64,000 bases of DNA from Owenia fusiformis (taxonomy: Eukaryota): positions 4,712,001-4,776,000 of the forward strand of contig CAIIXF020000001.1 of assembly GCA_903813345.2 (NCBI GenBank). Reading direction: 5' to 3'. Position numbers and translations under genes: made by a program. The notes beneath the pieces were generated by a model. That model saw nothing but the letters and a program-made list of their open reading frames with translations, did no database searches and was not told where the DNA came from. Of this stretch, positions 27,099 through 40,200 are shown piece after piece; the stretch's first letter is position 1; each line of letters starts with the position of its first letter.

Positions 27099-27560
27099 CA
27101 CACCGGAATAGCCTTACAACGGTAAAGTCAGATTCCATTGTCACAAATGGCGGACATAACCGTCGCTTTAATTAGATTTTCATGAACTGTATCTTTAATA
27201 GAGCACCTTCTCACTACCATCGAAACAAAAGTCTTTCATTTAACCGATCAAAATGAGATACGGGACAACGGACACTTAATTATGCCGTTGTCTTTGTAAA
27301 TTATTATATTATATTAATTCAGATTCCGTTGTCATTGACGATATCGAAGACGCTATATTATAGCGATTCGCGACCCAATTTGATCGAAATTGGGATTTCA
27401 TCTGGATATACCATCACAAGAGTTTAATGCATGCACAGAATTAGCGACAAAAAAATCCCATAAAATGAGCACCAAGTGATTAAATAATTGAAGCGACGGT
27501 TATGTCCGCCATTTGTGACAACGGTATCTGACTTTACCGTTGTCAGGCTATTCCGGTGTG
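27099..27560. mobile_element. CAC-ended MITE with 5-bp TSD (Transib-like), second family
   Basis: ACAAT|CACACCGGAATAGCC...GGCTATTCCGGTGTG|ACAAT; ~75-bp TIR. Confidence 0.85.
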
Positions 27561-29388
27561 ACAATGTACCACTTGTCCTTGCTACATTTATTGTATCACT
27601 TGTCTCTGCAACACTCACAGTGAAACTGCTCACACTGTATCACTTGAACCAATTCATGGATGAAAGAGGTGGATGGTTTGTGTATCGGCCTACTGGATGT
27701 TAAAGGGGTAAAAGCAAAAATGAATTATTTGTCACCGACTACTTCAGGCCATAAGAGTGGATCAATGCACTCCAAGTAAAAGGCGCCATGTTCCATCATA
27801 CTTAGGAGTTTGATGACCAAATACATTAGAAACATACTCCAGGGGAAAATATTATCTTTAGATCATCAATATTTCATAAGAAAGAAGAGTAACTAGAAAA
27901 CAGCATCCCCTTGGAGTGGCATATCCCACATATGTTTCTCAAACCATCAATTTGAAATTTCATTGTAGAAATTATCAGGCAATGTTTGATTCTCGGTTTG
28001 GCATAACGAAACCTGTGATGCAACATTATTTTGAATATAAATCAAATCTTTCAAGCGGTATTCAAATCATAAACAGAAATATTAAGAAATGGCTGCCATT
28101 AAGAATATATAGCCATTTTGAAAAAAGGTGTCAGGTTGACTCCATAGTTTATTGATAAAAAAGAGAGTTTTAAAAAACTTACTAAAGTCAAAAGTCAAAT
28201 GCAGCCATTTTGAAAATGTGGAGTCGATTCCAATACATATTTTATAACAATCAGTGTCATCATACAATAAAAGTGTGAATGCATAGTTCCATGAAACAGT
28301 GTTTGAGTTATAGCCAAAGACATAATATTTTTGACAAAAAGGATGTTCATTTTGGATTTGGAGTGAATTTGAAATGCAAAGTTATTTTACATACACAAAG
28401 CACAAACATTTCAAATATGGACTAAGTTTTACATGCGGTAGGCTATTAAATCTCTCTTCAAAATAAATTGTAGACATTACAAGATTTCCATGAAATCAAT
28501 GAAGGCATACTTTGGAAAGATCTCAGAATTGATGGAAATGCCCATCATTTACTTGTATAGAGCTGATGGAATCGGTACTAAAAAACTCAGAATATTTATT
28601 CCATGAATAACTTCAATGTAGGCATACATACATGAAGAAAATAGATCCGGATTAAATATTTAGATGTGCCCTAGACAGACAGATGAAAGGTACTCACAAA
28701 ATTCCTAACAATTTATAAGACGATAGGATTGAAACAAATCTGAGTTACCGTGTTTGAGTTATTACCATGGGAAACGAATGGACTCACACGGTTCCAATAT
28801 CTCTACACAAACTTTGTCAGTGGTATGATTAGCCATTAATTAGATTTGCTACTCATGGTGTATTTTTAGATGGCAATATCTTTTGGCTGGTGTTCTCGGA
28901 GGGTCAGGTTGACAGTACGAATGATGGCTTACAATTGCTACAATGCGGATAATTTCCTTGTGGTATTGTCTCTTGCACGATGTATTTTTTTCAACTTATG
29001 TTATTACTAAGACTTGAATACCTTCGGGGGATTAATAACCTGCTTTCACGTATGTATTGATCTTAATATATTTAAAACGTATAATTGCCCTAATAAAGAC
29101 TTTGGGCAATAATAATATTGCAGTAAAACGAGGAGCTGATTTTAAGGCAAATTTTGAAAATTCACCTGTTCACAAGAAACATTGGTTATATTGTACTTCC
29201 CATTGTTTTTCAGAAGTGTGGATGACTTTCGCCAATAGTTGATTCTTAAGAGCTGTATACATTAATATATCATATGAGATTAGGATAAGCCAAATGTTAA
29301 CAGGATGTGACATTTTCCACCCACTGCTAATTACCCCACTATTCTATATGTCAAAGTAATCTCTTTGTTATAAATTGGCATGCCACCA

Positions 29389-29579
29389 AGGAAGCATTCG
29401 CGAATTCAACTGCCGGTTGTCGGCTGACTGATTAACTCACTATTTTATGACCAACTCGTTTAGATATGAAATATGAATCGCATCTGCTATCATTATATTC
29501 ATATTTAATTTGGAAATGAGTTGGCTATAAAATAGTAGATTTAACCGTCAGGCGACAGTTGAATTTGCGAATGCTACCT
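29389..29579. mobile_element. Hairpin MITE (AGG...CCT, Kolobok-like); related copy ~30036-30181
   Basis: AGG.AGCATTCGCGAATTCAAC / GTTGAATTTGCGAATGCTACCT. Confidence 0.7.
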
Positions 29580-29602
29580 TAGCTAGCATTGAGGAATATC
29601 CT

Positions 29603-30030
29603 AGATGCGAGTAGAAATAATCTTGATTAACATCATTAAAAATTCACAATTCAGTCAAACTGGTGTCATATTTGGAATCTACATATAAAATTACATCGAA
29701 AAATGTGGTTTTGAAAAAATTTTATCAACTTAGAAAAATTAATTTTCTTTGAAAATGTGACTTCTAGGTCGGGGAGATTCCCCATAGACCCTATGTCGTA
29801 AAACCACAAAAAGTGAAATATCTTGTCTTGTGTTGGGCAGATAATATTTTCTTTTACTGGACATATTTTAATTTGTATAACTATCACATACATAAGGGTA
29901 ATTTGAAAAGTGAACCACTAAAACGGATGCATATTCAAGTGTAAGGGAATTTTGTAATACCCTGCCATGTTATTTCCCCCGAATCAGCCACCTGGTGGCG
30001 AAGCTGGTAACTAACTACCTACTCGCATCT
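29603..30030. mobile_element. MITE with AGATGCGAGTAG TIR; fragments also at ~49427-49525 and 30288-30366
   Basis: 12-bp inverted ends; dispersed homologous fragments within the window. Confidence 0.5.
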
Positions 30031-30574
30031 GAGTAATTCAACCACCGTCTGACGGATTAACAACTATATAGCAAAATTTCATTTAATATGAATAGTGGCA
30101 GGAACTATTCATATCTAAATGAGTTGTTCATAAAATAGCAGTTAATCCGTCAGCCAGTAGTTGAATTCGCGAACACTACCTAATGCCAAAGCTTGATGAC
30201 CAGTCCAGAGAGCTTTCTTTGTTGGCAGGTTTTACTGTATTATACATATAATTGTCACTCTCGTTGCACATTTTTCTTCATTTACTTAGTTACCAGTTTC
30301 ATTCTAAAGTGGCTCACTCAGATCAGATAACATGGCAAAGATAAAAGGGTTCCCCCAACTTGAATGATTTTACAAATGCAATTTTCATCAAATTCTCAAG
30401 AGTTTTAGTGGAAAAGAACACTTTGTTTTTCTTAATATTTAACATATATATGTACTGTAAATTAGGAATGAAATCAACTAGCTAGAAGTCACATCTTTGC
30501 AGATGTCACATATCATTTAAACTGGCTACTAACATCATTGACAATTGTAGATTTATTTCACATAAGACAAAGAC

Positions 30575-32738
30575 TGTTTTGTATGTATATCTTTTTTATT
30601 AAATAATGTCATTTTGTTTACAATGTACTGTATAATTCTTCTGTTACTAATTTTATATGGCATAATATGGCTCCATTCAGTTGGATGTTGTCAATTGTAT
30701 ATTAAATACTATGTACAGGCTAAAACCGAACAGTAAAGTTAGATAATAAAAACAATATTCATAGAAACTTTAAAAAGTTTTTCATTTTTCTAATAAAAAT
30801 CAATAATTTCTTTTTTTAACATGATTTGTCCCAAGGACACTAAAAATGATAATTTGTTTTAATTTTCATAATTATTCTAATTGATGCTTAAGCTATACAT
30901 ATTATACAATTACATTACATATAAACCAGTATCCAGACAATAACTGATATTCATACTAAAATAACTGATGATAGAATGTGTATGTAAATGAAGATTCCAT
31001 AAACCATTACAATATTAAAAGGTTTTGCTCTCTTAAGAATCAGCAAATTTCAAAAGAAAATTTCAGCACTATGATCAGTTTTGCATAGAGGAAAATAGGA
31101 ATTAAATCAATTTTTTACAGATAAACAAGGGACAATCCTTGATGAACATTTGCTTCTAATATAAATTGCTGAAAATTAATTAGTCATATGCATTATAAAA
31201 AAGTCCAATATAAAATAATTTATTGAAACGAATAAATTGATAATTGTGTCATTATGACACATATGTTTTATATCAGTGATTACATAAAATTCTCTCCACA
31301 ATACAAAACATTGTTTCCATTGATATCTTAGTGCCAATTCAATGTTACATTTATAATTAGCATCACTATTATGTAATATATCTAAAGGTATTGTTCAAAC
31401 CCATTCATACTCTGATAAAAAACATTTACACATCTCCCTTTAATACATATATTACAAGAAAAGCTATGTTTCACATATTTCCTGGACCACCCTGTACTCA
31501 GTGGAAGTAACAGATTTACACTGACAATGGTTTCCGAATCACATGGACCCAGAATCAGGATGCGACGTAAGTGCCAGGCTGAAAGGCCAGACAAGTTAGA
31601 TTTACAACAGGTCAGCTGATTTAAGCACATACTGTATAGCGTTTAAATTCAATTATATCAGGAAGTCCTGAATCCTTATATCGCATCCTGCCTAGGACTA
31701 TGATTCCAAGCCCTATTAAATAATTCAAAGACCAAGGACATTCACAGCTTCACTGTCTACATGATCTTTGACCATGGACTTTGATATACACACATCTGAA
31801 GTAAAGCTGTCCTTACAAGCATGTACCCTTACTAGAAGTAAGCCAAGCTAAACCAAACCTGACATCTATGAAGCATACAACTGCTTACTGTTCAACTAAT
31901 CTAACTACAAGCTGGTCAATGATATCAAATCATTGCCCTTTTGTACAGCACCACATTGATTCTATACAACCACGTTGGTTCACACTGCATCGGAATCCAT
32001 AATGTGTAGTCCACACTGTACAATATACACACTTCCACCCTACAATCGCACACAAACAGCTCCCCTTGGAGCATAGCATATGCTCCCTTGTCCTATGGGA
32101 GCATACCACGAGCTCATTCCTCGGAGCAAAACACATGCTCCCCTGTCCTCCGGGAGCATACCATGAGCTCTTTCCTATTGCACATTGGGCATTATTATTG
32201 TTAGGCCTTGCTTTTTACATGATAACATAATGTATGCAGTACATGTTATAATAATACTGTAGCTCATGTTAACCTACTGTAGATGTTGCAGTTGAGTACC
32301 TGTATATCTCAATTCAGTAGATCTGGTGGCTGAATCCAAACGAAACCACTCGCAGACCCAAGTTCAAACATTGTTATTTCGAAAATGAAAAGCAGTTAGA
32401 ATAATATTCTAACACACATCTTACTGTACAATTAATCGTCCATGCCTGAACATTTCACTTTCCATTATTCATGTAGGTTAAATGGAAATAACCAGGGATT
32501 CCTCTTTGCATCTTGCTCTAGCTGTACTGTTCCTTATTTAAGCAGCAGATAGCACGTATTGAGTCTACAGCTGACATAACAATATTCTCTTGCAGTAACG
32601 TATGTCATGGTGATAGACTCAGTTACAGGTATCATAGCACAAACTTAGTAACCACTGCCATAGCAACAATCTCAAAGTTGCCATAGTAACATAAGACCCG
32701 CAGCATTGCTATGCCCAGTGAATCCATCAAGCCTTGTC
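30575..32738 (-). other. scrib: Scribble terminal 3'-UTR exon (~2.1 kb)
   Basis: tttacAG acceptor at 32739-40; AATAAA on the minus strand at 30595-30600 with GT-rich sequence downstream; no ORF. Confidence 0.6.
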
Positions 32739-33005
32739 CTGTAAATGATAATGAAACAGTCATTAAAGATATGAGTTGGAAGTCATATAAATAAATTCTT
32801 GTATTCTGTCACACTGATGTTCATGTGTAACGACTCCTAGTTTTTTGTTTTTTTTCAGCAAAATGTAACATTTTTCAAGTTTGATATATTTTATTTCTGC
32901 GTGACTGTATCACATGCTTATATAAAAAAATTCATCATTTCAAGTATCTTGAATTTCCTTATATTTTTAAATGGTAAATGTTACTTACAAATGTTGCGTG
33001 ATGCT

Positions 33006-33065
33006 TCAAACTCCACCATTAGAGGTTGTCTCTAGTTCCATGATTTGCTGCTTTGTGGTCTCAAC
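33006..33065 (-). CDS. scrib: Scribble last coding exon (VETTKQQIMELETTSNGGV*)
   Basis: tttcAG acceptor; TGA at 33006-33008; the exon continues 17 nt to a GTAAGT donor at 32988. Confidence 0.85.
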   Translation of the reverse strand, partial: VETTKQQIMELETTSNGGV

Positions 33066-33911
33066 CTGAAATCACAGGTCAGATTGCAGTCAACCATTAG
33101 TACAAACTTAATTTTAACTGAACTAAGTCAACTAAAGATACATATATAATGAAATAACAATTTGACCAAAGTCAATCAAAGGTCCCGGAACAATCAAATA
33201 TATCTGGTAGGTTGAATATCAAATTAAAATTCATATCTATTTATCTTTTAGTATTTTTAAATTCAGTAACATAAATCATGCAATAGACTATGAACAATGG
33301 AGAAGGAATAATGTCACTGCATGGAATATCATGCTAGAGTGCTGCCCATCATAGGTATCATGGGATATGAAGCACAAAGCAGTGCATGGTTGTAGGGAAT
33401 CTTATATCAGACATCCGAAATAACACCATAAAAATATGCAAACACATATTTAAACAAACACCAAAGTAAAACTCAAAATTGAATTCCTTTAAAATAAAAC
33501 ATTAATCAATTCCAGATCAAGACCAAAACCATAAATCAAGAAATATACAGAAATGGAATGAGCTGTATAAATGATTACGGGCGTGCAACAAAATTTGATC
33601 AGATCAAGACAAGGAACGATGATGATCATGAATCATGATGAGGAGGACAATGATGATCATGAACCATGATGACGACAATGATGACAATGTGAACTTCTAA
33701 ATATATGTCAGGTCATCTATATACACCTATCACCAACAACAATGAGGATAAAACCATCCTCCACCAGGAAGTGCTGTGCCAATCATTGTTAAGGTAGTGT
33801 GGTGAACACCAGACACAATAGCAATTTTGGATACAACACCCAGGCAGCCACAAATAAGGAGACAAAATCAAGCGAATACTAAGGGTGCTAAGAATTCTGG
33901 GGAACAACTAC

Positions 33912-34097
33912 CTCCTTCTCAATTTGTTTTTCGACAAATTCAACTGTACGAAAGACTGTTTTTCCAGTTATAGGGTCTGTTATCTCTTCTGTTTTACGTG
34001 TGACCTTTTCACCAATGACACGCGCTGATTCACGCACCTTGGTCTCACCAGGTTTCACATTCACGCGAAGATTTTTATATGTGCTTTGTACAAGGGG
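33912..34097 (-). CDS. scrib: Scribble penultimate coding exon
   Basis: 186 nt, phase 0/0: PLVQSTYKNLRVNVKPGETKVRESARVIGEKVTRKTEEITDPITGKTVFRTVEFVEKQIEKE; resembles the invertebrate Scribble tail (D..TG....RTVE.VEK.IE.E). Confidence 0.88.
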
Positions 34098-34488
34098 CTG
34101 TTAGTAAGAATTAAGAAATACAGTGTGTTAGTAGAAAGAAGAAAGCTGTTGATCAATATCATACAGAATTTATTCACCCAGACTGAAGTCCATTAATCAG
34201 AAAGAACAGGCAATTTTATCCTAATCAAAAATGATTTAGTATAACTATGGGCATAATACTAGAGATTCCATGTATATTATGCTAATAGTAAAACTACAGA
34301 TCAAATTAATGACATTAGACTAAGAGTGAAGCTAAGAAACTATGAATTACTGTAGCGACAAATTAACTGAGAAATATTAACAAATGGTAACAGCGACCCA
34401 GGTTTATCAAAACCAATGTCATGTTAGACTGTTATTATAATGCAATATGGTATGCACTGAGGCTTGAACAAGTAAATATAACACAAAC

Positions 34489-34528
34489 CTGTGAGTCTGT
34501 ATGAGCATTAACTGTTACATCGGGTTTC
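34489..34528 (-). CDS. scrib: Scribble 40-nt exon
   Basis: tttccAG acceptor and GTTTGT donor, phase 2/0: KPDVTVNAHTDSQ. Restores frame between the 36304 and 34097 exons. Confidence 0.7.
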
Positions 34529-35049
34529 CTGGAAATACAAGAAATAATGTGTTAAAATGTAAGCAGACACAGTTATCTTAATTTAGATGGTAAAGTACTT
34601 AGTATTCTATTAAAAATAAAAACATATGATGAATATCACATATTGTGATAAATAGAGCAGATGGAGAAAAATAATTTGCCAGAAACATTTCTACAGGGAA
34701 TTCAGTGTTATTAAGTCTAGATTTATAAAGATAGTAAAACTAGGTGATCTTGACCATCTCCTTACATACTTGCTAATTCAAGCGTGAATACTGATATAAA
34801 TTTTGCCGTGACCTCAACAACTCTACGTTTCAAACATGCAGAGTATCTAGTGAGAAAACATGTTCTTAATAAAGGACACACATCCCATGTGTTCCATACA
34901 GCATTTTTTTGACATATTAATGAAAATCACCTTTTCTTAAAAAATGGAAAAATTGAAACTTGAAGACGAATGGTTGCTATAGATAAACATAAATGAATGT
35001 GTTCAGGAGCTAATATATTAAGCCAAAATCATCATATGATATTGCTAAA

Positions 35050-35412
35050 TAGTGCAGTGTCTGTTATATTAAGAAACAAGGCATTTGAATTTCTGAAAAC
35101 TTGTAGATGATTTTGAAAAATAAATAGGTCAATTTGAAAAGGTCATTGAAGGTCACATTTATAGTTAGATTTGAACTTTTGAGAACTTCTAGTTGATTTA
35201 AAAAAAAAAGTTGATTTGAAGCAAGTTGAAAAAAGACCTTTTTACCTTTTTTTGACCTTGAAAAGATCATTGAAGGTCAAATCTTCAATATAAAGTTACA
35301 TTTGAACATTTAAGAATTGGATACAGACGCCAACCGCCACCCGCCGATCACCAACTGCTGCCAAAAAAGGAAACCATAACAATAGGTCACCACTTTTTGG
35401 TGGTGACATAAA
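35050..35412 (-). mobile_element. Degenerate HINE-like remnant
   Basis: AAGGTCA/TGACCTT repeats, CGCC-rich microsatellite-like patch, terminal hairpin GTCACCACTTTTTGGTGGTGAC plus A-tract. Confidence 0.45.
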
Positions 35413-35934
35413 AACTACTACTTTACATCAAAATTGGCAATTACTCGAAAAGAGAGGACTTTGAAAATGGTGATGACAGGTGAATTACATTCTATTTTAT
35501 AATTGACAATATGAATGCAGATATGACTTAATAGAAAAGCAATTTTAATTTGTACCATCAATGTTAATGGATGGATTGACAGACTGATGGGCAATCTAAT
35601 TTACAGACACCTAGTTGATCCCATAGGTTTACTATGTGATCCAAAAACAACACAAAACATTACAACAGTATATGCTCACATGTCTACTTAAAACTTCAAT
35701 TAAGGAATGTCAAGTAAATCATAATAACTTGGTCAATTTAAAAGGGTCATGCAAAAACAGGTCCAAAAGTCATTATACTTGAGCTGCCTTAATATAGTTA
35801 TACCTGGGAAGAGCACAAGTATTCATCCGAGGTCTTACTAATATTCAAGTGAGGCAAAAAGTACTTCCCGTCAACCAGAACAACATCTATACAATAATAC
35901 AACATGCAAAACAACAGTACAACAACTCCATTAC

Positions 35935-35952
35935 CTGTCTCCAGTATCATAG
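35935..35952 (-). CDS. scrib: Candidate 18-nt Scribble microexon
   Basis: tgttctAG|CTATGATACTGGAGACAG|GTAATG; phase 2/2 fits its neighbours (YDTGD). Confidence 0.45.
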
Positions 35953-36303
35953 CTAGAACACATTGAATACATAAAACCTTAATTATAACAGATATGTACA
36001 AGTGCACAACATCTTAAAGAAATAGTCCACTTTAATAGGTTCTGTCTTGATTTGTTTGATTAAGTGCCTATTGATTGTCCGCTTCAAGACAGGATTAGGG
36101 TTCGATGGTGGACTACTCCTTTAAGCATGTTAGGACACCAAACACATGGTGGGGTATCTATACAGGTACATGTACCAAAACATTCAATTATTGACCCAAC
36201 CAAATCATAACCACCATAATAATCACAAAGGTTCTATTGTAAAGGGTTATAAATTTTAATAAATATCTTCTTTGGATAATATGATTTCTAGATATATACT
36301 CAC

Positions 36304-36394
36304 TTTGCTATTATTTTGCTAAAATCATGATCTTTGGAATCTGAAGACATGTAGTTCAATATTTCCTCTTTAGACATAGAATTAGTCTTCTGAT
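36304..36394 (-). CDS. scrib: Scribble 91-nt exon
   Basis: ttttAG acceptor and GTGAGT donor, phase 1/2: DQKTNSMSKEEILNYMSSDSKDHDFSKIIA. Confidence 0.8.
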
Positions 36395-36672
36395 CTAAAA
36401 CACAAAAATGGGAATACAATTTTAGAAATATCTTAGAATTGTATCAATATGTTTATGATGTTAAACTGGACTGTTTCAGATATTAGGGCTGTCAAATTAA
36501 TTGTATGAGTTCTTAAATTTCTTAAAAACATATTTGAGATCTAATCAGGAAATTGCAGGTTCAATTTCTGCCAAGGTGGAGTGACTTTGAAGTTGGTCTA
36601 GAGTAGCTATCCAATGCATTAGGTTTAGCCCTAATATACATACACACTGCACTGTATTGCAAAATCCCTTAC

Positions 36673-36729
36673 CATCTTCTATTTTCATTTTAGATATCTC
36701 ATGTTCTTGGAGGTAGGAAAACTTTTTGG
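36673..36729 (-). CDS. scrib: Scribble 57-nt exon
   Basis: ttttcAG acceptor and GTAAGG donor, phase 1/1: AKKFSYLQEHEISKMKIED, similar to KRVSLV..DDLRKMQEEE. Confidence 0.85.
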
Positions 36730-36874
36730 CTGAAAATAAATAATGAAGAGAGTAAACATACAAAATAAACAAAACGTCACAATAAAATGTGCAGTAATTG
36801 AGATCATTTTGCTGAGAAAATATAGAAGAATTAATCCAAAAGGATGTCAACACTTCTTTGGCTGTACATCTATA

Positions 36875-37122
36875 TGTTGTATTGCATCCATATTGTATTG
36901 TATTGTATCATTTTTGTACTGTATTGTGCTGTAATGCGCTGACCTGTTCTATACTGTATTGGACAGTACTGTACAGTGTTGTACAGTATTGTACCATATG
37001 TACTGTACTGTAATTTACTATACTGTACTGTACTGTTCTTCAAATATAATACTGTATTGTACTGTATGTACTACATCATATCCTATCACATATCATATCA
37101 TATCATATTATATTCATATTAT
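36875..37122. repeat. Compound pentanucleotide microsatellite (TACTG/TATTG)n-(ATATC)n
   Basis: Seen directly; abuts the donor of the scrib exon at 37128. Confidence 0.85.
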
Positions 37123-37127
37123 CATAC

Positions 37128-37239
37128 CTGTTTTTGGTTGAGTTTCACTGGACTGTTTGATCTCTTGCTCAAAAAATTTCTTCCTATCAATTAAAGATCT
37201 AGTTTTGTTGTCTATGGGTTTGTTTTCTTCTGGCTTGTT
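37128..37239 (-). CDS. scrib: Scribble exon with S...RKKFFE motif
   Basis: 112 nt, phase 0/1: NKPEENKPIDNKTRSLIDRKKFFEQEIKQSSETQPKT; resembles the Scribble C-terminal SF.ERQKYFE motif. Confidence 0.85.
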
Positions 37240-40200
37240 CTGTAAAAAAACATATGCAAATCTTTCAATATAGCAGTTTTTTAAATGGTTCCTAAATGAT
37301 AGGGGAATGGGTTGCTATACAGTTTCTTTGTATGTAAGACCACTGTTTGAATGTTGGGGATTTGTTTTCTTAGACCACTTGAATTCTTCTAAGTTTCTTC
37401 TTTTTCTTTCCTTTACTTTTTGATCTTTTTCCTTACAGCACTTGCGCTTGCATAAGCCTTTACAATTAGATATTACCCCCAGAGAATTGTGTATAATGGA
37501 TAACTAATTTCCTCACTGATGTAAAAGCAGATCAAGAAAAAAACAGAAACACGCTATTAAGAAACAACTTCTTTAGGGGCTTGAGATGTCAATTGCTTTA
37601 ATTATTTTGCCTCCAACTCTGACTATTAGAAAGAAAACACCCAAAGTGACATTTCTAGGATATTAAATCATAACACTTAGAGTTATAAAGAAAGACTGAG
37701 CGAAATATAACAGAGCTACCAGCTGGGCAGCCAAACCCAGAAATCAATTGTCGCGGTGATTCGGCATTAACCTGAAAACTACGCGAAAATCGTGCTTTTC
37801 TACAGAATATAGTCCCGCCTCCAAAAATCATATAAAATGACACCTGTGCATAAATTGACTTTTAATATCGATAAACGTAATGGTTTTGGCCGATATTTCG
37901 GGAAACGTTTGGAGATATCGGGATGTAACTATATTTCACGAATAATAAGCAAAATAAGGTATGGTGGGTGAGAAAGAAGACCTCAAAGAGAAAAGTTTTG
38001 AAACTGGGTTTCGATAATTTTGAAAATTGGGGTCGTATACATGTTTTGGGCATTTTTTTCTGAGATTAGTTATTTATGTGATTTTAGTACAAAACGCACC
38101 CCCCTTAACTCGCGGACGTGATTTGAACGTTTTATTGCCCATTCTTATATATGTCTCGAGTTATCAGCCACTTAGTCAGCAGTAATTGATTTTCAGAAAA
38201 AAATGTTAATTCTCAGGGATCGATTTTGACATGGTCCCCTGAAGTTGTAAACACTCAATCTCGGATGAAACCCGTAGTTAGCCGATACAAAATAACCAGT
38301 AGATGATAAAATTGACTTGTAGTTCCCAATCCCCGCATTAAGTTTTTGTTGGGAATTGATTTCTTCACGTCGAAAAAAATATGTGATCAGAAAATCAGCT
38401 AAATGACAAAAACAATTCTGAGGAAACATTAGTTCAGAATGTTTTGGGCAAATTTTTTTCTTACAGATCTGTGGTTAAAAATCTATTGATAAATAAAAAG
38501 TAGTCTAAAATACATATGGTGTCTAAATATAAAAATACCTGGATAAGTACTTTTGTCAGGAGACTTGAATCAATTGCGGTCCAGTCATATTGTCGTGTCA
38601 AAATTACCCAAAATGGTGAAGCCCTGGCTTTTGAAGAGGGTCGTCTTCGGACTCGAAGTTTTCAGTATTTTTAGCCCTTTAGCAACTAATTCTTGAATTA
38701 AACGTATGCGTATGATCTAAATACGCATAAGTAAGCCGTATTGTGCATCAATTCGAAGTTCTTATGGCAATTTGAAGCCATCATCTGGAGCGGTTTCTAC
38801 TCTTGAATCCGCCAAATTGCTGAAATGCCAAAGGACCTTCTCAGGTCACGTGACCTGTTTTTAAAATTTTGCATTTCAGCCACAAAACAACAACATCGGT
38901 CATTCATAAATTGTTTGTGGATGGCTTTGAGCACCAACTTGGCATTACTGTACTTAAAATCAAGAGAGAATGTCAAACAAAACAATAATCGCTAACTGTT
39001 TTATCAATTTTTAGTTGATTCCAAGGGGTCTTTCCCTTTCGTTCGTAATTTTAAAGTATCGATGGCGCTGAAAACAAATTGAACTGGCTCAGCCTATTTG
39101 AACGGATTTTAGTAGATTCATGGATATTTAGATCAACCGATAGTGTTAACAGGATTCAGGGATTACAGGTGATTACGATGGAGTTCACGGCTTTTAGGTA
39201 AGTTCAGTATTTCTGTTAGATAACGTAGTTTGAAAACACATAATTTGAATAATGATGGTGTAATTTTTGATTTTTGAAATTTTTTAAAGTTAGAGGCAAT
39301 CTCATCAAATTTCAGTATCTTTTATTGCACATAGGATTCTAGAAATTTACTCACACATTGATGTGATAATAAATATTGTATATTTGATGTAAATAGCATC
39401 AGGGTCTTGGAGTTAAGCTCGATGTCAGCGCCTCCAAATGACCCATGTTGTTTCAAAATTAGGGACCATATTTTGGGTCATATTGCGCATGCGCAAAATA
39501 TATAGCTATTTCTTTTGTGCATTTCCAGAAAGCAGGTTCCAGAACTCCTTGATTCTGCCTCTGCTTCGATGTGCCTACCAGATTTAATTTGTGGATTTCA
39601 CAGGGGATTTCAATGTCATCTTCCCTCTCTGAATCTGAACAGCAATGCCTCAGTCATATTTGTGAATTCCCAAGACTAGATTTGCTTGTTATGTGAGTAT
39701 AGGTGTAACCTTACATGTGTTGTGCAAATTCAAGAAATTAATGCTGTACAGTAACAGTGTATATTGTTGGTTTGCGACAAAGTCAAGGTAGTTCCGTAAA
39801 ATGTTTACAATGTTTCTTGACCTGAGTGGCGAGCGAACATTTACAGGGCTGCAGGGGCCTGGGAACCAATAAGGGGAGGGGGGGCAAGTTTCTGGTCTGA
39901 GAAAAAACTTCAGCGAAAAAAATGTTTGGACCCCTACAACCAAGTTTTGACATTTGAGGCCCATTATGTTGAAACTTTGGCCTAAAATTAAAAAATAAGG
40001 CCTTAGAAGCCCCCATTATGACCAAAAAAGCCCACTTTCTGGGGCCTTAAGACTATTTTGGACCAAAATTTATTTTGGCCCATTTTTTTCTGAGCCCACC
40101 CAAATGACGAGGCCCCGGCCATTACCCCCCCCCCAGATCCGCCAATTATATTATGGTCACATTAAGGTCTCATGGTAGTTATCAGAAATTTACACCAAAC

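Noticed and set aside
37652-39512. TAG...CTA segment with apparent TTTC TSD
   Set aside because: No TIR beyond 3 bp; the right TTTC is part of a polypyrimidine tract; better explained by the 37720-46675 element.
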